From the NCBI GenBank assembly GCA_030390025.1, contig CM059432.1, positions 125,428,001 to 125,492,000 on the forward strand: a DNA stretch of 64,000 bases. Direction: 5' to 3'. Made by a program: the position numbers and the translations under genes. This document shows, one piece after another, positions 38,776-51,800 of the stretch. The stretch comes from Squalus acanthias. Taxonomy: Eukaryota. Positions within the stretch are counted from its first letter, which is position 1. Each line of letters opens with the position of its first letter. The notes under the pieces were generated by a model. The model was not told the origin of the DNA. It saw only the letters and a program-made list of their open reading frames with translations, and searched no databases.

Positions 38776-40237
38776 TTACCAATGTCAGATGTAGTGCACA
38801 AATTATCTGTATCTAGTCATGTTTAAAACATGTCTACATACTTTCAATGAGTCTCTTTAGGTTTAAATTTTGGTCTTTAAGGATATCTTTGCTCTTTCCA
38901 ATCTTATGAGCTTATTTCTGACCTTTCAGGCGATGGAAGCATAATTTCACTGCATGACTCAGTCACTGATTCTTCAACTGTGCAGTGTCTTCTTCAACTA
39001 CGACCTTCTTTACATCAGGCAATTCATTAAGACCTGATAGAACAGGCAAGTGCTATGTGGTTCATCGTAATAATAAAAAAGACATCTTCTGATTTCATCA
39101 TCGTCACTCCCTGTTTGAAAGTTCTAACAAAATGTTCGACCTCTCTATTTGAATTGGGATGATAAAAGGTGAAGAAAAAATTACATATTAAAAATTCTTG
39201 GGATATAAAGTGAGCGCCACTGTTTGAAATCTGTCCTTCTGGTAAACCAGGAGGATGAAGAAAAACAATTCTCAGTCCATTACTAGTGGTTGTTGAATGG
39301 TGGACATGGAAGGACTATGGGGCACTTGAAGTCACCTGGATAGCATCTACCGAAGAATAAATCTAATTCATAAGGATTCCTACAAAATCAATAGCAATCT
39401 GTCACCATGGTCTTGAAGGCCAAATCAGTAATTAGTTAGACGCGTAACAGGTTAAGATTTAGGTGCTTAATAAGATTGACACTCGCATAAAGCCTGTTCA
39501 ATAGCAGAATCCAAACTTAGCCACCGAACATGCATATTAGCTAGGGCTATCATTCACACCATATCAGAGTGTTCTCATGTTAATTCACCAATACCTGACC
39601 TTAATTTGAACTGGTATGATAACTCATAATCCTAACAGCAGGCAGCCTTCTTCCAATTAGTTCATCCTTTTCCACTTAAGAGTTTCACCTCTACTGTTCA
39701 ATTATTCTTCGTTGTTCAACTTTGAGTGAGATGCCAAATTTGTTATGAAAGTTCGTCTCCAAATGTAGCTCGACAGATTTTATTGAGTGTTACTGGAAGG
39801 ATTTGCAACTAAACAATGTTTAAAACAGTATCACATCAAAAAATAGCTTCACATCAAAAAATAGCTTCCCACACTTATTGGTTGATGTTGTACCTTTCCG
39901 GAGGAACTGAGGTAATCCATCAGAATTAGCATTCTACTTCTTGGATCTATGCTTAATGTAGTAATAAATTAACAACTGCATAGTCAATCTTAGCAGTCTA
40001 AAAGCCGTTTGATATGGAATACATCTTTTTGGCCCCACTGTCATCATAACCAGCTCATGATCAGTTATCAAAATAAACTTTCCACCAGACAGATATTAGG
40101 ATTTCGGTAGACCAAATGCAATAGCACTCCTTTTCAAATCGGAGAACAGCTTTTTGCAGATGTCAATGCAATTGCTATTGGTCTTTGCTTCAGCCCCGTT
40201 GAAAATATGCTAATATGACACCACCCAATCCATAAGG

Positions 40238-41396
40238 AGGTGAGGTGAGAGTGACTGCCCTAGACAGCAAGGCAGCATTTGACCTAGTGTGGCATCAAGG
40301 AGCCCTGGTAAAACTGAAGTCAATGGGAATCCAGGGGGGGGGGGACTCTCCACTGGCTGAAGTCATACCTAGCACAAAAGAAGATGGTTGTGGTGGTTGA
40401 AGGTCAATCATCACAGCCCCAGGACATCGCTGCAGGATTTCCTCAGGGCAGTGTCCTAGGCCCAACCATCTTCAGATGCTTCATCAATGACCTTCCCTCC
40501 AAAATAAGGTCAGAAATGGGGATGTTTGCTGATGACTGCACAGTGTTCAGTGCCATTCACAACTCCTCAGATAACAACAAGACCTCGACGACATTCAGGC
40601 TTGGGCTGATAAGTGGCAGGTAACATTCGCACCACAGAAGTGCCAGGCAATGACTATCTCCAACAAGCGAGAGTCTAACCACCGCCCCTTGACATTCAAC
40701 GGCATTACCATCACCGAATTCCCCACCATCAACATCCTGGGGGTCACCATTGACCAGAAACTTAACTGGACCAGCCACATAAATACTGTGGCAACAAGAG
40801 CAGGTCAGAGGCTAGGTATTCCGCAGCAAGTGTCTCACCTCCTGACTCCTGAAAGCCTTTCCACCATCTACAAGGCACAATGAAGGAGTGTGATGGAATA
40901 CTCTCCACCTGTCTGGATGAGTGCAGCTCCAACAACACTCAAGAAGCTCGACACCATCCAGGACAAAGCAGCCCGCTTGATTGGCACCCCATCCACCACC
41001 TTAAACATTCACTCCCTCCACCACCGGTGCACCGTGGCTGCAGTGTGTACCATCTACAAGATGCACTGCAGCAACTCGCCAAGGCTTTTCGGCAGCACCT
41101 CCCAAACCCGCGACCTCTTCCACCTAGAAGGACAAGGGCAGCAGGCGCATGGGAACACCACCACCTCCAAGTCACACACCATCCTGACTTAGAAGTATAT
41201 CGCCGATCCTTCATCGTCGCTGGGTCAAAATCCTGGAACTCCCTCCCTAACAGCACTCTGGGAGTAGCCTTCACCACATGGACTGCAGCGGTTCAAGAGA
41301 TGGCTCATCACCACCTTCTCAAGGTGAATTAGGGATGGGCAATAAATACTGGCCTTGCCAGCGATGCCCACATCCCATAAATGAATAATAAAAAAG
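40238..41396 (+). mobile_element. CR1/L2-group non-LTR retrotransposon, 5'-truncated, inside the Gypsy RNase H region
   Basis: [51 protein letters not shown]-rich tail. Confidence 0.88.
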
Positions 41397-41564
41397 GGAG
41401 GATTCCACCACAAGTGATCACTTCGGTAGAATCACGGTGAATCAAAACATCAGCCGAGACCACCAGTTGTTTTAACTGTTGAAAACCAACCTTACACTCA
41501 CCAATCCAATTCTGCGGCACATCTTCGGAAGCAAACAGCTGATAAGGGTGGCGCTGTTGTTACT

Positions 41565-43028
41565 TGGCAAACAGACCTCTACCTTGCGGAGGCTGAACAC
41601 TAACTCTCCAACACCTCCTGCTACCTCCCCTTGACCATGACCACACCATTGAACATCAAGCCATCATTTCCCAGACAGTCACTGACCTCATCTCCTCTGG
41701 AGATCTATCCCCACGGCTTCCAACCCCAACCCCAACCCCGCTTCTACCTCCTTTCCAAGATCCACAAACAGGACGGCCCTGGTAGATCCATCATTTCAGC
41801 CTTTTCTTGCCCCACGGAACTTATTTCTTCTCATCTCCTTGTCCATTCTCTTCCGACCTGCATCCGTGACTCTTCCGACGCCCTCTGCCAGTTTCCAGTC
41901 CCGAACTGTTTCCTTTTCACCGTGGATATCCCTCTACACCTCCATTCCCCATCAGGACAGCCGAAGGGCCAACGTTCCCTATAAGCCGTGCGGCTCTCTG
42001 CCGGTCCTGCGCAACCTGGGACAGGCTTTCGCAATGTTAGTTGCGCCCTTAAAGGGGCTGCGCACCCAATAAAAATGACGGGGAACATTGCTGAGGGCTA
42101 TCTGCTTCCTCCTTGAATGGAAGCCCAACCAGTCCCAATCCACCATCCTCCTCCGCCTCCGCCTGACTGAACTTGTTCTTACATTGAACAACATCTCCTT
42201 TGACTGCTCTTACTTCCTCCAAATAAAAAAAAGGTCACTGTGGGATCCCATATGGGTCCTAGCTATGCCTGCCTTTTCATGGGATACGTGGAACATTCTT
42301 TGTTCCAGTCCTAAACAGGTCCCCTCCCTCACCACTTTTTCCGGTACATTGATGACTGCATCGGTGCCGTTTCCTGTTCTCGCCCCGAACTGGAAGATTT
42401 AAACAACTTTGCTTCCAACTTCCACCACTCCCTCGCCTTCACATGGTCCATCTCCGACTCTTCCTTCCCTTTCTTGACTTCTCTATCATAATTTCTGGGG
42501 ATAGGCTGCCAACCAATATCCACTATAAGCCCACTGACTCCCACAGCTAACTTGATTACACTTCCTCCCACCGCACTTCCTGCAAGGGCTCTATTCCATT
42601 CTCCAGTTTCTCCGTCTCCATCACATCTGTTCCGAAGAGGACACCTTACATACCAGTTCTTCCGATATGTCTTCCTTTTTCCTCAACCAAGGATTCCCCT
42701 CCATCGTGGTTGGCAGGGCCCTCGACTGTGTGCGTCCCATTTCCCACACTTCTGCCCTCACCCCTTCCCCCCCCTCCTAGAACCACGATACGGTCCTCCT
42801 TGTCCTCATCTCCCACCGCACCAGCTTCCACATTCAATGGACCATCCTCCACCACATCCAGCGTAATGCCACCACTAAACAATCTTCCTCTCCCCTCCCC
42901 TTTCAGCATTCCGAAAGGGACGGTTCCAACAGCGACACATTGGTCCATTCTTCCATCACCCCCAACACCCGCTCCCCCTCCAACAGCACTGTCCTGTGCA
43001 TCTCCATAGATGCTGCCTGACCTGCTGG
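41565..43028 (+). mobile_element. Penelope-like element (degenerate RT); tail resumes at ~46418-46470
   Basis: PRFYLLSKIHK..GRSIIS and LTELVLTLNN RT motifs; tail GATGCTGCCTGACCTGCTG|..|GAGTATTTCCAG split by the CR1. Confidence 0.82.
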
Positions 43029-46000
43029 TTAATAGATTGGAGAAAAGCTGATTTTGAGGGGTTGAGAATAGAACTTGAGGAAAAAAATGGGCAACAATAT
43101 TGGCAAACAGCAATGTAGAACAGCAATGGGAAACATTTAAAACGGTGTTCAACAGAGTGCAGGAAAAATATATTCCGCTAAAAGGAAAGAACAAACTAAA
43201 CAATAATGAGATTCCATGGATGAATAAAGCTATAAAGGGAACAATTGAGGGTAAGGAAAGCAGCATACATTAAGTACATAGACAGCAGGGGAGTGCTTGA
43301 TAAGGGAGAATACGAAAAGATTAGGAGAGAAGTCAAAAAAACAATTAGGGAGGCAAAGAGGAACTATGAAGTTAAATTATCAAGGAACATAAAACAAAAA
43401 AATAGTAAAATATTTTATAGGCACATCAATAAAAAAAAAGTTTGGGAAGGGAATAGGGCCATTAAGGGATAGACAGGATAATACCATAGGTAACGAAAGA
43501 GAGATGGCAGAAATATTAAATCATTATTTTGCTTCAGTATTTACCAGGGAGATAGAACAGGTGGACATGACATTGGATGATGAGATTAATAATGAGATAA
43601 GTGCATTCAAAATTAAAAAAGAGGATATATTAAATAAACTAATCAGACACAGAGGATAAAACCGTGGATTGCATCCACGCATTTAAAAAAAATTTAGGGA
43701 AGAGATAGCAGAGGCATTGCTACGCATATTTAATAATCCATTAGAAAAATGTGTAGTGCCAGAGGACTGGCGGATAGCTAACATAATACCGATATTTAAG
43801 AAGGGGGATAGAACATGTCCAGGGAATTATAGACCAGTCAGCTTAACATCGATGGTAGGAAAAATAATGGAATCCCTACTAAAGGAGAAAATAAAAGAAC
43901 ATCTAGAAACCAAAAATATAATAAATAGTCAACATAGATTTCAAAAGGGAAAGTCTTGCTTAACCAACCTTATTGAATTTTTTTGAAGAGGTAACAGAGA
44001 GAGTAGACAATGGTAATGCAGTAGATGTAATTTATCTGGATTTTCAAAAGGCCTTCGATCAGGTACCCCATAATAGACTGATGAACAAGGTCAGAGAATG
44101 CAGAGTCTGGGGACAAGTAGCAGAATGGATTGTTGGCTGGCTTCAGGACAGAAAGCAGAGAGTAGGAGTAAAGGATAGCTAGTCACAGTGGCAGAAGGTG
44201 GGTAGTGGTGTTCCACAAGGATCAGTGCTGGGACCATTGCTGTTCACAATTTACATTAACGATTTAGACTTTGAAATCAAAAAACACAATTTCTAAAATT
44301 GCAGATGACACCACATTTGGGGGGGGGGGCGGGGTGGGAAGAGTCAATACTGAGGAGGACTGCAACAAATTACAGGAGGACATTAATAAACTTGCAGAAT
44401 GGGCATATAATTGGCAAATGAAGTTCAACACAGATAAATGTGAGGTTGTGGCGGATCGCCACCTAAATGGGCGCAATCCACTTTTCCGTCCGTGGACAAT
44501 ATATCGGGCACCTTGCCTTTAAGGCAGGAGAAAAGGAGTGGGCGGGGCCTCAGGGTTTTTCCAGATAATTCTGTGAGCAGTTGTTTTCAGCCATTTTGAC
44601 CAGGCAGTTGTAATAAAAAGTTTTATGTCCCACACATGGACTCGGCTTTAATTCGTGTTTTGCGGCAGCCTCAACATGGGTGACCCCGATGCTCAGAACG
44701 TATTCTGAGCACTGCAATGGCGGACACGAACGCAGTTTCCGTGAAACTGCCGGATTTTGGGAAAACCAGCCCGAAGCCTGGTTTCTCCAAGCCGAATCCC
44801 GCTTCCGGCTGCAACACATCACCACAGATGGGACGCAGTACGACTACCTCGTCACATCACTCGGTAGCTCCACAGTTACGAAGGTCTGGACAGCGCTGCA
44901 GAACCCACCAGAGGAAGGCAAGTATGCACATCTTAAGGCAGCACTCCTTAAAAAATTTACGGCCTCGGCATACCAACGAAACTGCCACCTCCTCGACCTT
45001 CCAGGCCTCGGTGATGCCTCACCATCAGACCTCCTCTCCCACATGCTCTCCCTCACCGACGACGCCCACCGCGGACCCCTTCAACCCCCGTACGACGGGC
45101 CCTACAAGGTGCTACAGGCTGGGGACAAATTTTTCACCCTGCAAGTGGACGACAGGACCGAAAGAGTGTTGGTTGACCGACTCAAGCCAGCACACTTGGA
45201 GCCCGGTGAGCAGGTCCCTGTAGCGCGTCCACCGCCACGCGGCCGACCTGCCCTTAAGCCGGTTCACCCGGCTGCTCCACGCCCGGCCGTTCCACGTCCA
45301 CCGGCGTCCTACAAGAGCCGCTCCGGCCGGCCCATCAGACCGCCGCACCGTCTCGTCCGCACCTCCTAAGCGGATTCTGGGGGGAGCTGTGTGGCGGATC
45401 GCCACCTAAACGGGCGCAATCCACTTTTCCGTCCGTGGACAATATATCGGGCACCTTGCCTTTAAGGCAGGAGAAAAGGAGTGGGCGGGGCCTCAGGGTT
45501 TTTCCAGATAATTCTGTGAGCAGTTGTTTTCAGCCATTTTGACCAGGCAGTTGTAATAAAAAGCTTTATGTCCCACACATGGACTCGGCCTTAATTCGTG
45601 TTTCGCGGCAGCCTCAACATGGTATTACATTTTGGTAGGAAGAATAGGGAGCTCACTTATCACTTGGAGGGTGCGAGTCTAGGTGGGGTAGAGGGACAAA
45701 GGGATCTCGGAGTACAAATACACAAATCACTAAAGTTGCGCCACAGGTTAGCAAGGCCATAAAAAAAAAGCAAACCGAGCACTAGGGTTTATTTCTAGAG
45801 GGATAGAATTGAAAAGTAGGGAAGTTATGCTAAATCTGTATCGAAACTTGGTTAGAACACACTTAAGAGTATTGCGTGCAGTTCTGGTCGCCATATTATA
45901 AAAAGGATATCGAGGCACTGGAGAGGGTGCAGAGAAGATTTACAAGGATGATACCAGAAATGCGAGGGTACACCCATCAGGAAAGGATGAACAGGTTGGG

Positions 46001-46417
46001 TCTCTTTACTCTTGGAAAAAAGTCTGGGGGGTGACCTAATAGAGGTCTTTAAAATTATGAAAGGTTTTGATAGAGTGGATAGAGAGAGAATGTTTCCACT
46101 TGTGGGGAAGAGCATAACTAGAGGCCATCAATATAACAGTCACCAGGAAATCCAATAGGGAATTCAGAAGAAACTTCTTTACCCAGAGAGTGGTGAGAAT
46201 GTGGAACTCACTACCAGAGGGAATGGTTGAAGCGAATCGTATAGATGCATTTAAGGGAAGGCTAGATAAGAATATGGAGGGAGAAGGGAATAGAGGGTTA
46301 TGCTGATAGGTTTAGATGAGGAAAGACGGGAAGAGGCTCAAGTGGAGCATAAACGCCGGCATGGACTGGTTGGGCCGAATGGCCTGTTTCTGTGCTGTAT
46401 ATCCTATGTAATCCTAT
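43029..46417 (+). mobile_element. CR1 LINE ORF2 portion inserted in the Penelope tail, interrupted by a mini-LTR element
   Basis: VPEDWRIANIIPIFKKG..NYRPVSLTS; YLDFQKAFD; KIADDT; tail ATCCTATGTAATCCTATG. Confidence 0.93.
44447..45619 (+). mobile_element. Internally deleted Ty3/Gypsy LTR retrotransposon (1173 bp)
   Basis: 230-bp TG..CA LTRs (44447-44676, 45390-45619) with 4 differences; PBS GGTGACCCCGA (tRNA-Trp type); PPT GGGGGGAG; TSD AGGT/TGGT; Gag N-terminus joined to the integrase GPY/F tail. Confidence 0.93.
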
Positions 46418-46849
46418 GAGTATTTCCAGTATTTCAGATTTCCAGCATCCGCAGTATTTTGCTTTTGTTTTAGTGTTTAAAGAACTGTCTATGCTTAACA
46501 AATTTGGAACAAAGTTTCTATAATAATTCACTAACCAAAGGCAAGACTGTAATTCAAATCACTGTCAGGTAGCGATGCTTCCAAGATTGCAGCAACCTTC
46601 TTGGGACATGCATGGAGATCTCTAGCATCAACAGTGAATGTCAGATACTGACTAGGACATTGTATGATGGAACAGTTTGATCTTTTCAGTTTTAAGCACT
46701 GAATAACAGCTTCCAAGTTTTACAGATGTTCTGAATTATCTGGAGCAGTCACAACATCCTACAGGTATTCCTTGTAAAACTTTACATGTAGTCTCTTGGA
46801 ATACAGCAGGAGTTGTCGCAACATCAAATGGTAAATGAGTATAAACCTT

Positions 46850-47200
46850 GCTGAGTGGCACAGTGTGGCAGCGACTGACCTTTTCATTTCTAGGACCTGG
46901 TTCAAATCCAGCCCACACTGATCGGATATAGTCTTAGCTGGCTGTTATGGTCCAATATTAAAAGGAGTTTAGACAATCTTGAGCCAGTATCTAGTGGGCA
47001 GAAGTCTACAGCACTCAACTGGCCCCAATTCAGCACTAGTTGAAAATCTCACTAAGGAAGGCCAGAGGATGGTTGATGTGTTTAAAAGTTGGTGCCGTAG
47101 TGGTGTTCTTCGGAGGTTTGATATGTTGGGGATCAAGTACAGTGGTGGGGCAGAATGGAGATTAACTCTGTGCCTGGCCTGGGAGTGCTTGATGCAGACA
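46850..47200 (+). mobile_element. LF-SINE-like tRNA-derived SINE
   Basis: CCTTTTCATTTCTAGGACCTGGTTCAAATCCAGCCC (B box) and CCAGTATCTAGTGGGCAG resemble the recalled LF-SINE consensus. Confidence 0.55.
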
Positions 47201-47202
47201 TT

Positions 47203-47823
47203 AGTGGGGGCGGGTGGTCGATATTTATTTCCAGGTGGGAACCTGGCCTAGTGAGCAGCCAGCCTGTAGTAGCAGTAGCAGGGAGGCTCGGCCGATTTAA
47301 ACGGTCCGAAGGCACGTCCGATTTTAACGGCCAGGCCTCATTAGCATGCCATTTTCTGGCTTCCCGACCAAAGCAGCTCGGGGGCAGCCGCCGGGACCTG
47401 AGGAAACGGCCCCCAGCACTGTTAAATGTACAGGAGGGGGTCCGGGCCCCATTGCGGTTGGGGAGGAGAAACCCGGGGCAGGGGAGGCCCAAAGCTTCCT
47501 TGTGGGATCCGGAGGAGCACTCCTTCTCCTCCCGGCCCACAAGTAAACTTTACCTTGCTGGGCCTCAGTTGCACCTGGATGCAGCTCCCGACAGCTTTGG
47601 CCTCAGGTTGTAAGCCACCACTGCTCTCCCGCCAAGAACTCCAGCGAATATTGCATTTGGGCCCCAATGACATCGGAGCCTGATCTGCATATTTAGAGAA
47701 GGACCCCGCCAACAAAACTACAATTGGCTAGTTCGGGCCAGGAACCAAGACAGCAAGTTTCTCGCTCTATTTTAACTGCCCCCACTGCCTGCTTTCCACT
47801 GATCAGGGATTAAATCACACCCA
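47203..47823. mobile_element. GC-rich MITE-like element with an internal hairpin
   Basis: Hairpin CTTGTGGG..GGAGGAG-CACTCCTT-CTCCTCC..CCCACAAG shared with 59611; boundaries approximate. Confidence 0.5.
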
Positions 47824-48394
47824 TCCACCGCCGCCCCCCACCCCTTCCCGGGTGTCTGAGATAGAGGGAGGGGAGAGAATTTCATTCCTCGGTACTGACA
47901 TCTCTCGCAAAAAAATGTTTTAAATTAAAAACCTTGCTGAATACTGATCAATGTGTGTTGCGGAACATAAACGTATGGCGTTGCTGCCAACTACATTAAA
48001 ACTGGCATCCAAATTCCAAATGTGTGCTGCTGCCGTGCAAACTCTGCCACAATCTCTTTATTTTAATTGCTGCTGATTTAATTTAATTTCTTCTATGTTG
48101 TTTTTTATGTTCCACTTCAATCCTCATTGCTCAAGGATTTGCTATAAATTTTGCTTTTAAGCTGGAACACTTTCTACTTGTGTCTAATCTGCTCACATTA
48201 CCATTTTATATAAACAGGAATCCTCTTGCAAAACATTCCCTCCAGTCAGGGCTCTGTTCTCATGCACTGTGGTCTGTTATTTGTTTGCCTGCAGCCTCCA
48301 TACTAAAGGGCAATGTCAAATGCTTCTTTTCTAAAAATGCTAAAACAACTTCTGCTAGAATTTTTTCTGAATTACATTGAACTGACCGCACACA

Positions 48395-49295
48395 CTGTTT
48401 GCAACCTCGGCATCCTATTTGACCCAAGCTGAGCTTCCGCCCCCATCTCCTTGCCATCACAAACACTGGCTCCTTCCACCTCTGCAACATCGCCCGTCTG
48501 CTGCCCAAACTCTCATTTATGCCTTTATCATCTCCAGACTCGACTATTTCAATGCTCTCTTGGCCGGCCTCCCATCCTCCCTCCACCCTCCGAAAATTTC
48601 AGCTCATCCAAAACTGCTGCCCGTATCCTAACCAGCACCAAGTCCTGTTCATCCATTACCCCTGTGCTCTCTGACGTACATTAGCTTCCACTCCCCCAAC
48701 GCCTCTGACATGAATCTGTCATTCATGACTTATGAAATAATACTGAGTGGCCTGCAGGTGGCGCTGTCCAAGGAGAGTATAAATACTCGGGCATGGGCCC
48801 AGCTTGCGCAGGACATTCTTAACCGGAACTAGTGAAGGACACAACTAGACCTCCATGTTGTAAAACAGTTGATTAAAGCTTTGTTTAACGCTTAGACCAA
48901 GTGCCTAGTAGTTTTCTTACGTCAGCCTCCATTCTAAAATTGTGTTCAAATCCCTTCATGGCCTCGCCCCTGCCCATCTCTGTAACCTTCTCCAGCCCTA
49001 CAACCCTCCAAGAACTCTGCATTCCTCCCACTCTGGCCTCTTCCACATCCCTGATTCCCTTCTACCCTCAATCATTGGCTGATGTGCCTTCAGCTGTCTA
49101 GGCCCTATGCTCTAGAATTCCCTCCATAAACCTCTCTGGCTCTTCGCCTCTCTCTCCCTCCTTGAGCAATCTTTGTCTCCCCATCTAATATCTCTTCCTT
49201 TGGCCTGGTGTCAACCTTTGTCTGATTACGCTTCAGTGAAGCACCTTGGATGCATTCCTACGTTAAAGGTACTGTAAAAATGCAAGTTGTTGATT
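48395..49295 (+). mobile_element. L2 LINE 3' fragment (paralogous copy at ~53935-55590)
   Basis: TLIYAFIISRLDYFNALLAGLP; tail AAATGCAAGTTGTTG. Confidence 0.85.
48706..48924 (+). mobile_element. Solo LTR (219 bp)
   Basis: TGACAT..ACGTCA termini; 5-bp TSD GCCTC (48701-48705, 48925-48929); TATAAATA and ATTAAA inside; empty site in the duplicate at ~55235. Confidence 0.85.
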
Positions 49296-50537
49296 ATAGC
49301 TCCTCTCAAAAATTCACTGAATTGGCACTTTTCAGACAACCTCCTTAATTCAGTCAAAAACTGGTTAAATCCCTCCTCCCGTTTTATCTGATAAAATTTG
49401 AAATGTTCCATGCCAACTTAAGGTTTTGAACCGAGATGTTCCTTCAATAAATTTGCCAGATCAAATTGGGTTTTTTGCACTTGGTTTAAACAGGCTGACC
49501 AGTGGTGGAAGGTGAAACCATCACAGCATAAAGGAGGAGATGGAAAAAAATAATTGAAAAAGATATATATTTTTTTTTAATAAAAAAGGGCATGGGGAAA
49601 AGGGACTAAATGGATCGCTCTTTCAGAAATCTAGCACAGGGGCAATGGGCTGAACGGCTACCTCAGTGCTGTAATCATCTATAATTCTACACTTCCCATT
49701 AAATTATAAACTTGCCTACTGCATAGTATTTGGAGGGGTAGGGAGAAAGTCTACTTATCGTAAAATCATAAACATGCACTTTCACTATACATAATAAGCA
49801 GTGGAAATCTCCTCTTCCCCACCCACCCTCCCCTAAAGAGGGCACATATAAAACCTAAACAGAATGCAGTGTTTTACCTCCCACTCCCGGAGGGCACCAG
49901 TACATAACTAAACATTGTTAAATCAGAGAACTGACAGCATAGAAAGAGCTACCAATAGGTAACAGGTTTCCCATATCTTAAGAGTATTACAGTACCTATG
50001 ATTCAGAAAGTGACTGTTACCATTACATTTAAAGTTTTACAAGGACAGAGTTCCAGGGAACGAGATTCTGGGCAATAGTGACAGACAGGAAACGCAGTAG
50101 GTGTAGCTCTGCTTGGCCGATGTTTTAGATTAAATAATGCAGAGATCCAGCAGCTCTAGTGTTCCTGGAATATTGGAAATAAATGCTGGCAAAGGTCAGG
50201 CTCTGTGAAGTTTAAGCTTACTCGGAAACCCGTCTCAGAAGGCTCTGGAAAGACCTCGGATGGCAGAGTCTCCGAATGACTATTAATCGTCAGAATCTGG
50301 GTGAAACAGTGCATCAAGTGTAGAAGCCCCATCTCTCGTCATCTACCACATATGCATGTAGCAGTGAGCTTTGTTCATAAAACACTTCTTATAGCGTGAA
50401 GCACTGTGACTGGCTGGGGTGCACAGCTCCTCTGTGAAGGGTATATCAAGGGCATCAGATTAATAACCAATATTATCGTCCTTCAGCAATTCACAAACAA
50501 CACAAGGTCAAGTGAAATATTTATTCTTCCATCTTCC

Positions 50538-51800
50538 AAACAACAACTTGTATTTATTCAGCGCCTTTAATGTAGTAAAACGTCCCAAAGCGCTTCACGG
50601 GAGTATTATAAGACAAAAAATTTGACACCGAGCCACATAAGGAGAAATTAGGGTAGGTGACCAAAAGCCTTGTCAAAGAGGTAGGTTTTAAGGAGCATCT
50701 TAAAAGGAGGAAAGAGAGGTAGCGAGGCGGAGAGGTTTAGGCAGGGAATTCCAGAGCTTAGGGCCTAGGCAACAGAAGGCACGGCCACCAATGGTTGAGC
50801 GATTAAAATCAGGGATGCTCAAGAGGGCAGAATTAGAGGAGCGCAGATATCTCGGTGGGGGGAGGGGGGGGGGGTTGTGCGGCTGAAAGAGATTACAGAG
50901 ATAGGGAGAGATGAGGCAATGGAGGAATTGGAAAGCAAGGATGATAATTTTAAAAATCGAGGCGTTGCTTAACCGGGAGCCAATGTATGTCAGTGTGCAC
51001 AGGGGTGATGGGTGAACGGAACTTGGTGCGAGTCAGGACACAGGCAGCCGAGTTTTGGATAACCTCAAGTTTACGCAGGGTAGAATGTGGGAGGCCAGCC
51101 AGGAGTGTGTTGGATTGGTCAAGTCTAGAGGTAATAAAGGCATGGATGAGGGTTTCAGCAGCAGATGAGCTGAGGCGGGGCAGAGTCGGGCGATGTTACA
51201 GAGGTGGAAATAGATGGTCTTAGTTATGCCACGGATATGTGGTCGGAAGCTCATTTCAGGGTCAAATATGACACCAAAGTTGCGAACAATCAGGTTCAGC
51301 CTCAGACAGATGCTAGGGAGAAGGATGGAGTCGGTGGCTAGGGAATGGAGTTTGTGGCGGGGACCGAAGACAATAGCTTCGGTCTTGCCAATATTTAATT
51401 GGAGAAAATTTCTACTCCTCCAGTACTGGATGTCGAACAAGTAGTCGGAGAGGGGTCGAGAGGGGTGGTAGTGAGGTGGGTGTCGTCAGCATAGATATGG
51501 AAACTGACGCTGTGTTTTCAGATGATGTTGCTGAGGGGCAGCATGTAGATGAGAAATAGGAGGGGGCCAAGGATAGATCCTTGGGGGACACCAGAGGTAA
51601 CGATGCGGGAGCGGGAAGAGAAGACATTGTAGGTGATTCTCTGGCTACGATTAGATAGGTAAGAATGGAATCAGGTGAGTGCAGTCCCACCCAGCTGGAG
51701 AATGGAGTGGTGAACGGCTACAGATAGGTTGAGAAGGATGAGGACGGATAGTTTACCTTTGTCACAGTCACATAGGATGTCATTTGTGACTTTGATAAGT
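50538..51800 (-). mobile_element. L2 LINE, 5'-truncated
   Basis: [39 protein letters not shown] region near 51555-51595; L2 tail. Confidence 0.9.

Larger units (their letters stand above)
38900..49500 (-). mobile_element. Fossil Ty3/Gypsy (Mag-like) gag-pol broken up by younger insertions
   Basis: Colinear minus-strand remnants: gag FKFYQIKREEG..ELRRLSEKCQF (~49300-49410); RT YTHLPFDVATTPAVFQ (~46800) and NYYRNFVPNL (~46500); RNase H PYGLGGV and FILITDH (~40060-40235); integrase IAIDFVG, GLPEGQIS and FYHPNSN (~39120-39410). Many stops and frameshifts. Confidence 0.8.

Noticed and set aside
44680..45369. Domesticated host gag-derived gene
   Set aside because: Sits between near-identical LTRs inside a CR1, the listed ORF lacks a true ATG start, and the real Gag start at 44717 is out of frame.
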